Below, one piece after another: positions 18,770 to 27,496 of a DNA stretch of 32,000 nucleotides. This DNA is from Telmatocola sphagniphila (lineage in GTDB: Bacteria > Planctomycetota > Planctomycetia > Gemmatales > Gemmataceae), in NCBI RefSeq assembly GCF_018398935.1, contig NZ_CP074694.1, positions 4,740,001 to 4,772,000 on the forward strand, written 5' to 3'. The notes under the pieces are model-generated. The model did no database searches. It saw nothing but the letters and a program-made list of their open reading frames with translations, and was not told the DNA's origin. Numbering within the stretch: the stretch's first letter is position 1; each line of letters begins with the position of its first letter. The translations under genes were made by a program, and so were the position numbers.

Positions 18770-19215
18770 TCGACGGATGAGTCTTTATCTTTGGATGGTT
18801 CGCCAGGATTTACGCTCGTCGGTTGTTCCGCTTTACGTTCGCGAAGGACTACTCCGGTAATTGCATCTATCAGCAATTCCGGTCCATTCGCCACCGCCTG
18901 GATGCGCAGAACTTTTCGGCCTTCGACGATTTCTTCCCGCACCAGATGCAAAAGTTCGGAGCCGGGAAACGAAGGTTCATCGATCGCCCGTTGGGAAGGC
19001 AATTCCCGCACTTGGGTCAGTAGCGGGATCTCTGGAAGTAGCGGCTGCTTAGCGCTTTCTACAAAGGACTGCGCTCCCTCATGCGGATGTCGGGTGAGCA
19101 GCACAAAGACACTTAATAGACCGACTGCCCCTATTGTCGCAACCCAAGGTCGACTGAGGCAATGTATCAGCGCTTCCCAGTGCTTGCTCGTGGGGCGAAT
19201 CCTATTCATGACCAT
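18766..19215 (-). CDS. Small membrane-anchored protein, PepSY-like C-terminal domain (tentative)
   Basis: About 149 aa from ATG 19215; the ORF opens with TTG at 19233. It has one TM helix (WVATIGAVGLLSVFVLL). The C-terminal VLRIQAVANGPELLIDAITGVVLRE resembles PepSY. Its stop codon overlaps the stop of the ABC/GNAT gene (18766-18769). Confidence 0.5.
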   Translation of the reverse strand: MVMNRIRPTSKHWEALIHCLSRPWVATIGAVGLLSVFVLLTRHPHEGAQSFVESAKQPLLPEIPLLTQVRELPSQRAIDEPSFPGSELLHLVREEIVEGRKVLRIQAVANGPELLIDAITGVVLRERKAEQPTSVNPGEPSKDKDSSVD

Positions 19216-19289
19216 TCCCTTCTTATTGTGCAATCCTGCGGCCTGTTACTCATCTCAGTGAATGTAAGAATGAGTACATTGAGAGCGGA

Positions 19290-19325
19290 TGATAAAAATT
19301 CAATTCGAGGGTTTACCCTCGAATT
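19290..19325 (-). terminator. Intrinsic terminator of the 19337..19741 gene
   Basis: Perfect 10-bp stem aattcgaggg/ccctcgaatt (19302-19311 and 19316-19325) with a 4-nt loop. On the minus strand it is followed by GAAUUUUUAUC, 12 nt after the stop codon. Confidence 0.7.
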
Positions 19326-19336
19326 GCCAGCGACCT

Positions 19337-19741
19337 TTAGTCGACCGTCCGAAATTTCATCGTGGGATCTTCCATTTTTGCTTCCGTGATTAGTTCCCCC
19401 GATTTGGCATCGAGAGTGATTACGGAGTTACTGGAGCCGATGAAAATTTTGAGCACTTCCCGGCCCTGCTCCAGAATTTTCCGAACGTTGAGGGTCTTGG
19501 CATCGTCCATCGAGGACAAATTTCGATACTTTTCGATGCGTTCCTGAAGTACATCCTTGTCCAAATTGACGATGTCTGGATTCGCGACAAATTGCTTGGA
19601 GGTTGGCTTCGGAGTGGTTAGCACCAATAGGAGGCCAATTCCCACAAAAACAGCCAAGCTGAGCACCAGATTCTGCCAGCCATTCCAATTGTTAAACTTG
19701 TCCCAGAATGTCATGGCCACTTTAGGAGAGTGATTGACCAT
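19337..19741 (-). CDS. Small membrane-anchored protein, PepSY-like, paralog of 18766..19215
   Basis: 134 aa. It has one TM helix (LVLSLAVFVGIGLLLVL). The C-terminal VLKIFIGSSNSVITLDAKSGELITE parallels the neighbouring protein. GC is visibly lower than in the flanks. Confidence 0.5.
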   Translation of the reverse strand: MVNHSPKVAMTFWDKFNNWNGWQNLVLSLAVFVGIGLLLVLTTPKPTSKQFVANPDIVNLDKDVLQERIEKYRNLSSMDDAKTLNVRKILEQGREVLKIFIGSSNSVITLDAKSGELITEAKMEDPTMKFRTVD

Positions 19742-19978
19742 ACTAATCCTTCGCTATTTCAAAACAGAGTCCGGCAAAGAATGTGCATCTTAGATTGCGA
19801 GTCCGATGGCCCCATTCCCTACAAGGTATATAGCTCTCTAACACCGAATATTTCAGGGAGTTCCTGTGTCAGACAAAAATCTCACTTTTTACTCATTTCC
19901 CGGATCTTTTCGAGCAGATATCTGACGAGGGGGAAACGGGTACCTAACCGGACTGCTTCGGCGCTTTACAATTGCTGA

Positions 19979-20905
19979 ATGAGCTCGCTAGGATACCTGC
20001 AAAAATTGACGGCGGATTTAGTCGATGGGGTAGATCGGCTTCCCGCCGCTTTTCGGGAAAGGCACATAAATTGGCTGACTGCCAACCAGAATCCCGATGG
20101 CGGTTTCAGTGGCCGCGAAGGGGGCTCCGATCTCTACTACACCGGTTTCGGCTTACGCAGCTTAGCCATTTTGCAGGGACTAACTCCCACGATTTGTGAA
20201 AAAGCGGGTGGCTTCCTCAAATCCAAATTGAATCAGCCCGCCAGTGTCATCGATCTTTTTAGTCTGCTCGTCGGTTCTTTCCTGGTCCGGCTCGGCGGCT
20301 ACGATGTGTTTGCCGAAGCCCCCGCCGACTGGCCCGAACGGGTGGCCCAAAGCCTCGAACAATTTCGTACCGCCGACGGCGGTTACGCCAAAACGCCCGA
20401 CGCCAGCTACGGCAGTACCTACCATTCCTTTCTGGTGGCCCTGGCGATTGAACTGCTCGAGAAGCCGATCCCCAATATTGAAGCCCTGGTCGAGTTCACT
20501 CGTCAGCGTCGACGGGACGATGGCGGCTACGTTGAAATCCCGGCCATGCGTCGCTGCGGGACCAACCCGACGGCGGCCGGGGTGGGCCTACTGCAAATCG
20601 CGAATGCTCTGGATGACTCTTCGCGAAACCTCGTGATTGATTTTCTCTTCCGATTAGTTGGGGAATTCGAAGGCGGTTTCCGGGCGAATGACCGCATCCC
20701 CACGGCCGATCTGCTCTCGACCTTCACGGCGTCCTGGACACTGGCCCAGTTGGGAGCCAAAGATCGCATCGACGTGGCCAACGTGGTCGCTTACGCGCAG
20801 TCGCTGGAAAGTTCCACCGGCGGTTTCAAAGGCGGCCTCTGGGATACCGCTCTCGATGTGGAATATACGTTCTATGGGATTGGTGTGATGGGATTGTTTG
20901 CCTGA
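19979..20905 (+). CDS. Prenyltransferase/squalene-oxidase-repeat protein (alpha/alpha-toroid, protein prenyltransferase beta-subunit-like)
   Basis: 308 aa with five repeats of the DGGF/GGY type: NPDGGFSGREGGSDLYYT, TADGGYAKTPDASYGSTYHS, RRDDGGYVEIPAM, FEGGFRANDRIPTADLLST and STGGFKGGLWDTALDVEYT. Confidence 0.75.
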   Translation: MSSLGYLQKLTADLVDGVDRLPAAFRERHINWLTANQNPDGGFSGREGGSDLYYTGFGLRSLAILQGLTPTICEKAGGFLKSKLNQPASVIDLFSLLVGSFLVRLGGYDVFAEAPADWPERVAQSLEQFRTADGGYAKTPDASYGSTYHSFLVALAIELLEKPIPNIEALVEFTRQRRRDDGGYVEIPAMRRCGTNPTAAGVGLLQIANALDDSSRNLVIDFLFRLVGEFEGGFRANDRIPTADLLSTFTASWTLAQLGAKDRIDVANVVAYAQSLESSTGGFKGGLWDTALDVEYTFYGIGVMGLFA

Positions 20906-20906
20906 G

Positions 20907-21884
20907 CTAAGCAGCGAACAAATCCTGACAGCCGAAGCGGTCGGTTTTCTGAATGGGATGGCCGCGCAGAAAATCGGAAGGGTTCATTTTCTTTTTCCCC
21001 GCCGGTTGCAATTCGAGAATTTCCAAAGCGCCGGGACTGCAATGCACAACTAACTTTTTTCCATCCGGGGAAAAAAGCGTGCTCGGCTCGCCGTGACCTT
21101 CGGTAAGGACACACCGCGCAATCATCACCCGCATCGGTTCTTTACCTTCGCGATGCAGAAACGTGTACGCCGTCGGCCAGGGCTGCATGGCCTGGATCTG
21201 CCGGGCCACCGCTTCCGCCGGGCGATTCCAGTCGATTAAACCATCTTCTTTCTTCAGCTTGGGCGCCTTGGTCACCAGGGCTTTATCCTGCGGCGTGCCC
21301 ACCACGGGTCCCTGCTTCATCTGAGCGATGACATCCAGAGCCATTTGTGCGCCGATGGGGGCGAGGCGGGCTTCCAGTTCCCCGGCGGTTTCCATGGGTT
21401 GAATGAGGACCGATTTCTGAGCCAGCATATTCCCGGCATCCAGTCCGACCGACATGCGGATAATGGTGACGCCGGTTTCCGCCTCGCCGTGATAGATGGC
21501 CCAGGCGATAGGGGCGGCCCCACGATACTTAGGCAACAGAGAGGCATGAACGTTGATCGCCCCGATGGAGGGCAGGCCCAGGACTTCCTTGGAAAGAATC
21601 TGACCGTAGGCCGCGACGACTAAAAGATCGGGATTCAAATCTTTCAGCAGAGCCACCCCTTCCGGACTATTGATGCTCTCCGGTTGAAAGACTGGTACAT
21701 TCTTCTCGGCAGCGATTTCTTTCATGCCGCGGCCGACCTGCCGCGTGGAACCGCGCTTGACGCCGGTTTCGCGGTCGGGCTGAGTGAACACCCCAACGAC
21801 TGGATCGGGACCTTGCAGAAGATGTTCCAGGGTGGGCTCGGCAAAGGTGCCGGTGCCCATCATCACGATACGAATGGGGTTCAT
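20907..21884 (-). CDS. fmt: Methionyl-tRNA formyltransferase
   Basis: About 325 aa from ATG 21884; the ORF opens with TTG at 21899. Motifs are RIVMMGTGTFAEPTLEHLL and INVHASLLPKYRGAAPIAWAI, with the C-terminal Fmt domain present. Confidence 0.9.
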   Translation of the reverse strand: MNPIRIVMMGTGTFAEPTLEHLLQGPDPVVGVFTQPDRETGVKRGSTRQVGRGMKEIAAEKNVPVFQPESINSPEGVALLKDLNPDLLVVAAYGQILSKEVLGLPSIGAINVHASLLPKYRGAAPIAWAIYHGEAETGVTIIRMSVGLDAGNMLAQKSVLIQPMETAGELEARLAPIGAQMALDVIAQMKQGPVVGTPQDKALVTKAPKLKKEDGLIDWNRPAEAVARQIQAMQPWPTAYTFLHREGKEPMRVMIARCVLTEGHGEPSTLFSPDGKKLVVHCSPGALEILELQPAGKKKMNPSDFLRGHPIQKTDRFGCQDLFAA

Positions 21885-21923
21885 AGAGCAAGCAACCAAC
21901 TAAAAGATTGAAGACCGATTCGA

Positions 21924-22580
21924 TTATTTCTTCGTCCATTCCGTCAGGAATTTCAGAATCGCTTCTTCACTATAGCTGCTTCCTTTTTCCAATTCGTCCG
22001 TGTTTTTGGATTTCAGAAGTTTGCCGTCGGTGTCGAGAACGTAGATATGCGGGTAGCCTTTGATCGCGGGATACTTGGAAAGGAATTCCTCGTTATGCTG
22101 TTCTTCCGTCCAGGTCACTTTCATCAAGAGGAAATTATCGGTCAAAACTTTATTTAACGCTGGAGTCTTTTCGAGGAAGGCAGTCAAGATCTTGCACCAT
22201 GGGCACCAGTCGCCGCCGACCTGCACCAGAATCCGTTTGTTTTCTTTCTTGGCACGTTGAATCGTGTCTTCGAGATCTTTGGCGGGGTTGCGCATTTCAT
22301 CGTAATGAGCCACGGTATAAAAGGGGGCATCGCCCGTCGAGGCTTTCTCCGGGGCGGCTTCCTTATTCGGCTTAACTCCCGCGTCCTTGGCACTCGGGGG
22401 AACCGCGGCAGTGGCTTTCTCAGGCGTGCTTTCGCTGCTGGTCTTGGCTGGCAAGTCTTTCGGCTCACTTGTCACAACGCGCTGGGAGGGTGTAGAGGCC
22501 ACCTCCTGTTTAGCACAGCCCGTCAGTCCTACGCAGAAGCCAGTACAGGCCAGGAAAATCGCCGTTCTTGAAAACTTCAT
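21924..22580 (-). CDS. Thioredoxin-fold lipoprotein
   Basis: 218 aa. Lipobox LTGC follows the signal peptide, then a low-complexity linker. The thioredoxin-like motif is ILVQVGGDWCPWCK (CxxC). Confidence 0.75.
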   Translation of the reverse strand: MKFSRTAIFLACTGFCVGLTGCAKQEVASTPSQRVVTSEPKDLPAKTSSESTPEKATAAVPPSAKDAGVKPNKEAAPEKASTGDAPFYTVAHYDEMRNPAKDLEDTIQRAKKENKRILVQVGGDWCPWCKILTAFLEKTPALNKVLTDNFLLMKVTWTEEQHNEEFLSKYPAIKGYPHIYVLDTDGKLLKSKNTDELEKGSSYSEEAILKFLTEWTKK

Positions 22581-22797
22581 AACAGAACCTCCCAGGAGTC
22601 GATGGTCTAAGAAATATTTCGCTCTCTTGCATTGTAGGGCATCGGGAATTTCCGCCGAGATTAAGGGATGTCTGTAAAAACACTGGATTTTTGGCTCGCG
22701 ATCAAATAACTTTCACTTCGGGTGTACATAGAACACCCTGCTCAATGCCTTCAGGAATCTCAATTTTAATTCTGTGAATCGACACATTGGAGAGTGC

Positions 22798-23877
22798 ATG
22801 TACCGCTTCCCCGGACTGGCGTTGCTCGCGTTGGCAATGACCTTCACCACCACTGCGCAAGACAAAAAAGAAACCAAATGGGAACCGCCGACTCCACCGA
22901 AAGGCTGGAAACTGGTTTCGAGCAAGGAGGGGACGTATCGCTGGTTCATCCCCGAGGATGTGAAACGCAGCGGCAGCCGGGATCGCACGATGACCGTCTC
23001 GGGAATCCGCGAACGAATTCAGATCAACGACTACTCTCTGAAAAACGGCGCCACCCTGGAAGTCTATAGCAGCGCGCTGAGCGGCCCCGCCCTGAAAGGC
23101 GTCAAAGTCAACGATGTGCTCGATATTTTCGTGAAGCAAGAGAAGGAAGACGGCTACAAAGTTTCGGAGCCCAAGGAAACCAAAGTTGGCGAGTTGAAGG
23201 CCAAGGAATATCGTCTCACCAAAGACAGCGCCGAAAAGCGGATGGTCCTGCTTTTTGCCCGGCCTCGTGTTTATGAATTCAGCGTGCAATCGACGGATAA
23301 GGCCTTCTTGGAATCTGAAACGGCCGACACCTTTTTGAAATCGCTGGTTTTAGTCCCGACCGAAGTTCTGCAGGCGGAGGCCAAAGCCCGTGCGGCCAAA
23401 GACGATGAAATCAACAAAGAGAACATGAAGAAGCTCGGCGCCAAATGGACCATGGACCTGAAGGAAATGACGCCGCCCGAAGGGGATGTGGTGGGCATGA
23501 TTCATGGGAAAGAATTCAAATATGACATCGTGGAATTCAAAGGCAGCCGTTTGGTTCTCAAGAAGGGTAAAGATGTTTTCCCGGAATTTGAAGTAGTGGT
23601 GACGACGTTTCTGAAAGCGGATGAATCTCTGGAAGGCAAGACCTACAGCATCGCCCGAGCGCGATCCAATCCGCCGCAATCGCCCCATATCTCCATCTCG
23701 TCCAAGGACGCCGCCTCCAAACTTCCCAAAACCGATCTCTTCGTGGCCAATTACGCTCTGAAGCTGACATTTGGCACCAAGAACGATAAGGGAGAAATCC
23801 CAGGAACGATTTATCTCTCGACTTCCGATGCCTTCAAATCGTTCATCGCCGGTTCCTTCAAGATCCCGGCCAAGTAA
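22798..23877 (+). CDS. Hypothetical secreted protein
   Basis: About 359 aa from ATG 22798, with signal peptide MYRFPGLALLALAMTFTTTAQ. I recognised no family. It is followed by a strong terminator. Confidence 0.6.
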   Translation: MYRFPGLALLALAMTFTTTAQDKKETKWEPPTPPKGWKLVSSKEGTYRWFIPEDVKRSGSRDRTMTVSGIRERIQINDYSLKNGATLEVYSSALSGPALKGVKVNDVLDIFVKQEKEDGYKVSEPKETKVGELKAKEYRLTKDSAEKRMVLLFARPRVYEFSVQSTDKAFLESETADTFLKSLVLVPTEVLQAEAKARAAKDDEINKENMKKLGAKWTMDLKEMTPPEGDVVGMIHGKEFKYDIVEFKGSRLVLKKGKDVFPEFEVVVTTFLKADESLEGKTYSIARARSNPPQSPHISISSKDAASKLPKTDLFVANYALKLTFGTKNDKGEIPGTIYLSTSDAFKSFIAGSFKIPAK

Positions 23878-23894
23878 CCAATTTAGAAACACCA

Positions 23895-23925
23895 ACACCC
23901 GCCTTTTTCCGGCGGGTGTTTCCGT
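23895..23925 (+). terminator. Intrinsic terminator, possibly bidirectional between convergent genes
   Basis: 9-bp stem acacccgcc/ggcgggtgt (23895-23903 and 23911-23919), loop tttttcc, followed by ttccgtt. It lies 18 nt after the stop at 23877. Confidence 0.7.
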
Positions 23926-23948
23926 TCATCAGTTTCTGAATTCCGCGT

Positions 23949-25367
23949 CTACGCCCGGGTCAGATCCTTCAGATCGGCCCGCTTATCCTCGTAAGTCGTG
24001 TTGTACGCCAGAACCGCCGGATTGGGGTCTTCCCCCCACTTGGCACAGGCCTGCTTGTAGATCGACGGCCACCAGTTGGTATGTTCGGTCAGTCCGGTCT
24101 CTTTCACCTGTTTCCAGTTGCTGACAATCTTGCTCCAGCACTGATCGCCGAAGGCCAAAGCTTCGTGAATGTCCTTGAACTGAGTGATGTACCAGCGCCG
24201 GCCAATCGCGGCGTGTAAGACCTCATCGGCCCAATCAAAATCCTGTATCGTCTTCATCAGCGGGATGCCACTCTCGGCCGCCGTTTCAAATTCGTAGCGC
24301 TTGCCGGTCTTCGGCATCAGGCCCTGCTCGATGAAATAGAGCACGCCGTGACGTTCCAGAGGCTTGCATTCGGTGTTCAAGCGCAGTGACCAGTTGTGGG
24401 TAATGCGGGCCTGGGTCCAATCGACTCCCATGGCCACAAAGCCGACTTCCCCCATCATGGTGTGGCGCGCTTCGTCCCAAAGCTGCCGGCTCATCTCCAG
24501 GTAATAACCCCAGGGTTTGCCCGGTGTCTGGATGATGATGCTCGCCATCATCTCCGGCACGTCGATTTCTCGAATCCGCTTGAAGAGCATCATCAGCGCC
24601 TTGGGCTTGGCGGGATACTGCTTGTCGTAAAGGAAGGCTTCCGGATTGACGCCCTGATTGTAAAGATCCTGAAAGCGTTCATCGCGTTTAGGTACCGCAT
24701 CGTAAACGTACGGCGTCTGAGAATACCGCCGTTCACAGGGTTGATCTAGCGCCGGCCGACTGCCGCCGAGCCCCCCGGCGATCTGGAGTAACTCGCTCAG
24801 ATATTTCGACCAGGGCTCCAGCGTCTGACGAACGCCCGGCTCTTCCAGACAGGCAATGGCTTCCCGCCCGTACTTCAGCATGTCTTGAATTTCGATACCG
24901 GCGTATCGGCAGACGCGATTCGAAGGGGCATCGGTCAGCGGGTTGGTCACTTGCATGTAATCCTGCAAGGCCCCCGTCAGCGCGGGTAGAGCGGTTTCGT
25001 AAAGACCGAAGAGCAATTCGAATGTTGTGGGGGCACAGAGGATTTCATCGAAGAAAATCTGCAACGCTTCGTGGGGAATATCTTCCAGACCCAACGGCGG
25101 TTCGCGCATTTCGCCGACACGGGTTCGCAAGGCCGAAACATGCTCGGCACAGAGATAAGCATGGTAGGAAAAAGCGGTCTTCAGTTCGTAGATCGGCTCG
25201 GAGGTGATCTTGGCGGTCAGAATTTCATGGAGCCGTTTGAACGCATAATGAAAGCGTTTCAGCCGGGTCACGCACTCTTCGATTCCCAGCCCGGGCTTCG
25301 CCGCTTGTTCCATGGAAGCCAGGCCGGCGAGAGGCGGAAGATTCCGATAGGTTTGATAGGATTTCAT
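23949..25367 (-). CDS. Hypothetical protein with ferritin-like (di-iron carboxylate) motif pattern in the C-terminal half
   Basis: 472 aa. The ordered pattern is EIDVPEMMASI ... WDEARHTMMGE ... YFIEQGLMP ... WADEVLHAAIG, that is E / ExxH / E / ExxH, as in di-iron four-helix-bundle proteins. The N-terminal half is helical and of unknown family. Confidence 0.45.
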   Translation of the reverse strand: MKSYQTYRNLPPLAGLASMEQAAKPGLGIEECVTRLKRFHYAFKRLHEILTAKITSEPIYELKTAFSYHAYLCAEHVSALRTRVGEMREPPLGLEDIPHEALQIFFDEILCAPTTFELLFGLYETALPALTGALQDYMQVTNPLTDAPSNRVCRYAGIEIQDMLKYGREAIACLEEPGVRQTLEPWSKYLSELLQIAGGLGGSRPALDQPCERRYSQTPYVYDAVPKRDERFQDLYNQGVNPEAFLYDKQYPAKPKALMMLFKRIREIDVPEMMASIIIQTPGKPWGYYLEMSRQLWDEARHTMMGEVGFVAMGVDWTQARITHNWSLRLNTECKPLERHGVLYFIEQGLMPKTGKRYEFETAAESGIPLMKTIQDFDWADEVLHAAIGRRWYITQFKDIHEALAFGDQCWSKIVSNWKQVKETGLTEHTNWWPSIYKQACAKWGEDPNPAVLAYNTTYEDKRADLKDLTRA

Positions 25368-25447
25368 CGCAGCTGATCTTTCGACAGGGGAGAGAAATTC
25401 AAAGACGTCGTTAAGTTGAATCAGCCTATTCCAAAATCGCCGCCGGG

Positions 25448-26158
25448 TTAGTGAGCTTTCAGGGACACCTTCAAATCGGGGGAGACCACAATCCCGGAGC
25501 GCGGTATCGCATTGTTAGGCTCGGCTACTTCCAGCCAGACGACGAGTTCGTTGACACCCTCGAGAATGTTGTCTTTGGGTATGCTGAATTCAATGTTGGT
25601 GGTATCGGCTTTTCGAAGTATCTGCGGATCGACGAAATACATTCGAGTAATCTGGCCCAGTCGAACTCGCAGTACGGGCTGGCGTTCAAAAAATCCGGCT
25701 TGCAGTTTGTTCGCCTTCAGATGAAAGGTGCGAAGAGCGCCATCGGGAGAAGGAACTTCTTCCGGTTCGAACAATTCGTAGCTCATGATCTGGCGCGGCT
25801 GTTGGGCCCGCATCGGAGCAAAGCCCGGCCCGAATCCAGGTCCCCCTCGGCCGGGCTGAGGAAAGCCGAAGGCCTGCGCCGGGGCAGCGGGATTCGGCTG
25901 TTTGCCGTGTCTGCCGAGGGCAATCAGGATGAGAATGACTTTCGCAAACAGAATCGTCCCGATGATGGCGTTGCGAAGGGTGTGATTTTTCGGGGGCTGC
26001 TGTTCGTCCTGTTGCGGCTGGTTTTTTTTCGCCGGGGTTCGAGACTTGGTTTTGCTATCGGCGCGCAGCGGAGATTCGCACCGAAAACAGCTCGGTTTAC
26101 CGTTCGACTCGTAGCTCCAGTCGTTATCCGCTCCGCAGGCCGGGCAAGTAATAAGCAT
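25448..26158 (-). CDS. Hypothetical membrane protein with N-terminal zinc-ribbon
   Basis: 236 aa. The zinc-ribbon segment is MLITCPACGADN...CFRCESPL (CxxC...CxxC). A basic linker, one TM helix (AIIGTILFAKVILILIAL), a Gly/Pro-rich segment and a C-terminal beta-rich domain follow. Confidence 0.6.
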   Translation of the reverse strand: MLITCPACGADNDWSYESNGKPSCFRCESPLRADSKTKSRTPAKKNQPQQDEQQPPKNHTLRNAIIGTILFAKVILILIALGRHGKQPNPAAPAQAFGFPQPGRGGPGFGPGFAPMRAQQPRQIMSYELFEPEEVPSPDGALRTFHLKANKLQAGFFERQPVLRVRLGQITRMYFVDPQILRKADTTNIEFSIPKDNILEGVNELVVWLEVAEPNNAIPRSGIVVSPDLKVSLKAH

Positions 26159-26256
26159 TGTTTCTGGTTCTCAAAATCGAAGAGCTTCTTGGATACTGAA
26201 GCCACTTCTGCTAATTATAATCGAAATTCCCCCTGTCAATCCACCTGTAGGTTTTA

Positions 26257-27222
26257 ATGCTCCGAATCGATCATGAAACTCGGTTGAGTTATTCCGAAGC
26301 GGTTATCGAGTCGGTCATTGAAGTGCGGATGACTCCGCCTTCTAACGAAGATCAGACTATTTTGGGGCATAAGATCCGCATCTCCCCGAGTGCCGCTCTG
26401 ACGATCTTCCGGGACGGCTTCGGGAACCAGGCGCAGCTGTTTAGCGTGGTGCCGCCGCACAGTGAGGTTTTAATTCAAGCGGCCACTTGCGTCCGGGTCC
26501 ATCGTCGCGACCCGCGAAAAATCCTGTCCGGTGCTCCGTGGCCGATCGACCAGAATCTCTCGGTAGAAGCAGTCGAATTTCTTCGCCCCAGCCCGTTAAC
26601 CGAACCGTGTGATTCACTGCGGGCCTTCGCGGCCGAGTTACCTAAACTTCCCGGCACCCTTTTGGACGCCGTGCAGCTTCTGCTCGATACCGTTCGGGCA
26701 CGACTAAATTATACCAAGCAGGTGACCGATGCTTCCACACCTGTTTCCAAAGCTCTGGAATTGGGACAGGGGGTCTGCCAGGATTTCTCGCACCTGTTCA
26801 TCGCCGCAAGCCGGCAGCTCGGCCTGCCCGCCCGCTATGTGAGCGGCTACGTGAACGAACCGGGGGAGATTGCCACGCACGCCTGGTGCCAGATCTGGGC
26901 GGGGGCCGGGGTGGGCTGGGTCGATGTCGATCCGACCCGGAAGATTTTCTGCGGCAACGATCATATCCTGACGGCGGTCGGCCGCGATTTCAGCGATGTG
27001 CCGCCGAACAAGGGAGTCTGGAAAGGCGCCGGAGCTAAAGAAACGATCTCGGTTCTGGTGAACGTGCAAAAGATCGACCGGGTGCCTACGGAACTGACTG
27101 AATTGGCCTCTCCGGCCTGGACCAGCACCAGTGCGGAACAGGTGGGAACCAACAACCGGGCGTTCTTTCATCAGCAGCGCCGGATCATTTATCGCCAGCA
27201 GCAGAGCCAGCAGCAGCAGTGA
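26257..27222 (+). CDS. Transglutaminase-like family protein (bacterial N-terminal region plus transglutaminase core)
   Basis: 321 aa. The catalytic triad context is GVCQDFSHLFIAASRQLGLPARYVSGY (Cys), HAWCQIW (His) and WVDVDPT (Asp). It ends in a poly-Gln tail QQQSQQQQ. Confidence 0.85.
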   Translation: MLRIDHETRLSYSEAVIESVIEVRMTPPSNEDQTILGHKIRISPSAALTIFRDGFGNQAQLFSVVPPHSEVLIQAATCVRVHRRDPRKILSGAPWPIDQNLSVEAVEFLRPSPLTEPCDSLRAFAAELPKLPGTLLDAVQLLLDTVRARLNYTKQVTDASTPVSKALELGQGVCQDFSHLFIAASRQLGLPARYVSGYVNEPGEIATHAWCQIWAGAGVGWVDVDPTRKIFCGNDHILTAVGRDFSDVPPNKGVWKGAGAKETISVLVNVQKIDRVPTELTELASPAWTSTSAEQVGTNNRAFFHQQRRIIYRQQQSQQQQ

Positions 27223-27230
27223 GGCTATCC

Positions 27231-27393
27231 GCCCCGGGTTTTATTTTGCCCCGGTAGGAAACCCATTTGATTGCCCCGGGTAGGAAACCCGAGGCTCGAA
27301 TCTGGAACCCCTCCGGGGTTCTAAAAATATTCATGGAAGCCCGGAGGGCTTCCAGAGAACAGACCCGGGTTGACCGCTTCGGTCTACCCGGGG
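27231..27393. repeat. Palindromic composite repeat: one full copy plus a partial copy, same superfamily as 10392-10790 but opposite orientation
   Basis: Full copy at about 27267-27393. It contains the hairpins gaacccc-tcc-ggggttc and ggaagccc-gga-gggcttcc. The terminal hairpin cccgggttgacc-gcttc-ggtctacccggg is the near reverse complement of the hairpin in the 10.4-kb array. Confidence 0.9.
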
Positions 27394-27496
27394 AGAGATT
27401 CAATTCGGGAAACCGGGTGCCAAGGCGTAGCCAAGCCGAAATGCATAGTTGAATTCTCTTGGAAATTGACAGAAAAAAACCGTTTCGAGGCGCAAA

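Noticed and set aside
10791-19978. Direct repeats (attL/attR) or an integrase delimiting the phage-derived module
   Set aside because: Scanning the boundary regions by eye (10791-11036 against 18770-19978) found no shared direct repeat of about 12 nt or more. No recombinase-like ORF is present. I cannot exclude short att sites without a computational repeat search.
22702-23289. 195-aa minus-strand ORF overlapping the start of the secreted-protein gene
   Set aside because: The plus-strand ORF has a clean signal peptide, balanced composition and a downstream terminator. The minus-strand product looks like a shadow frame.
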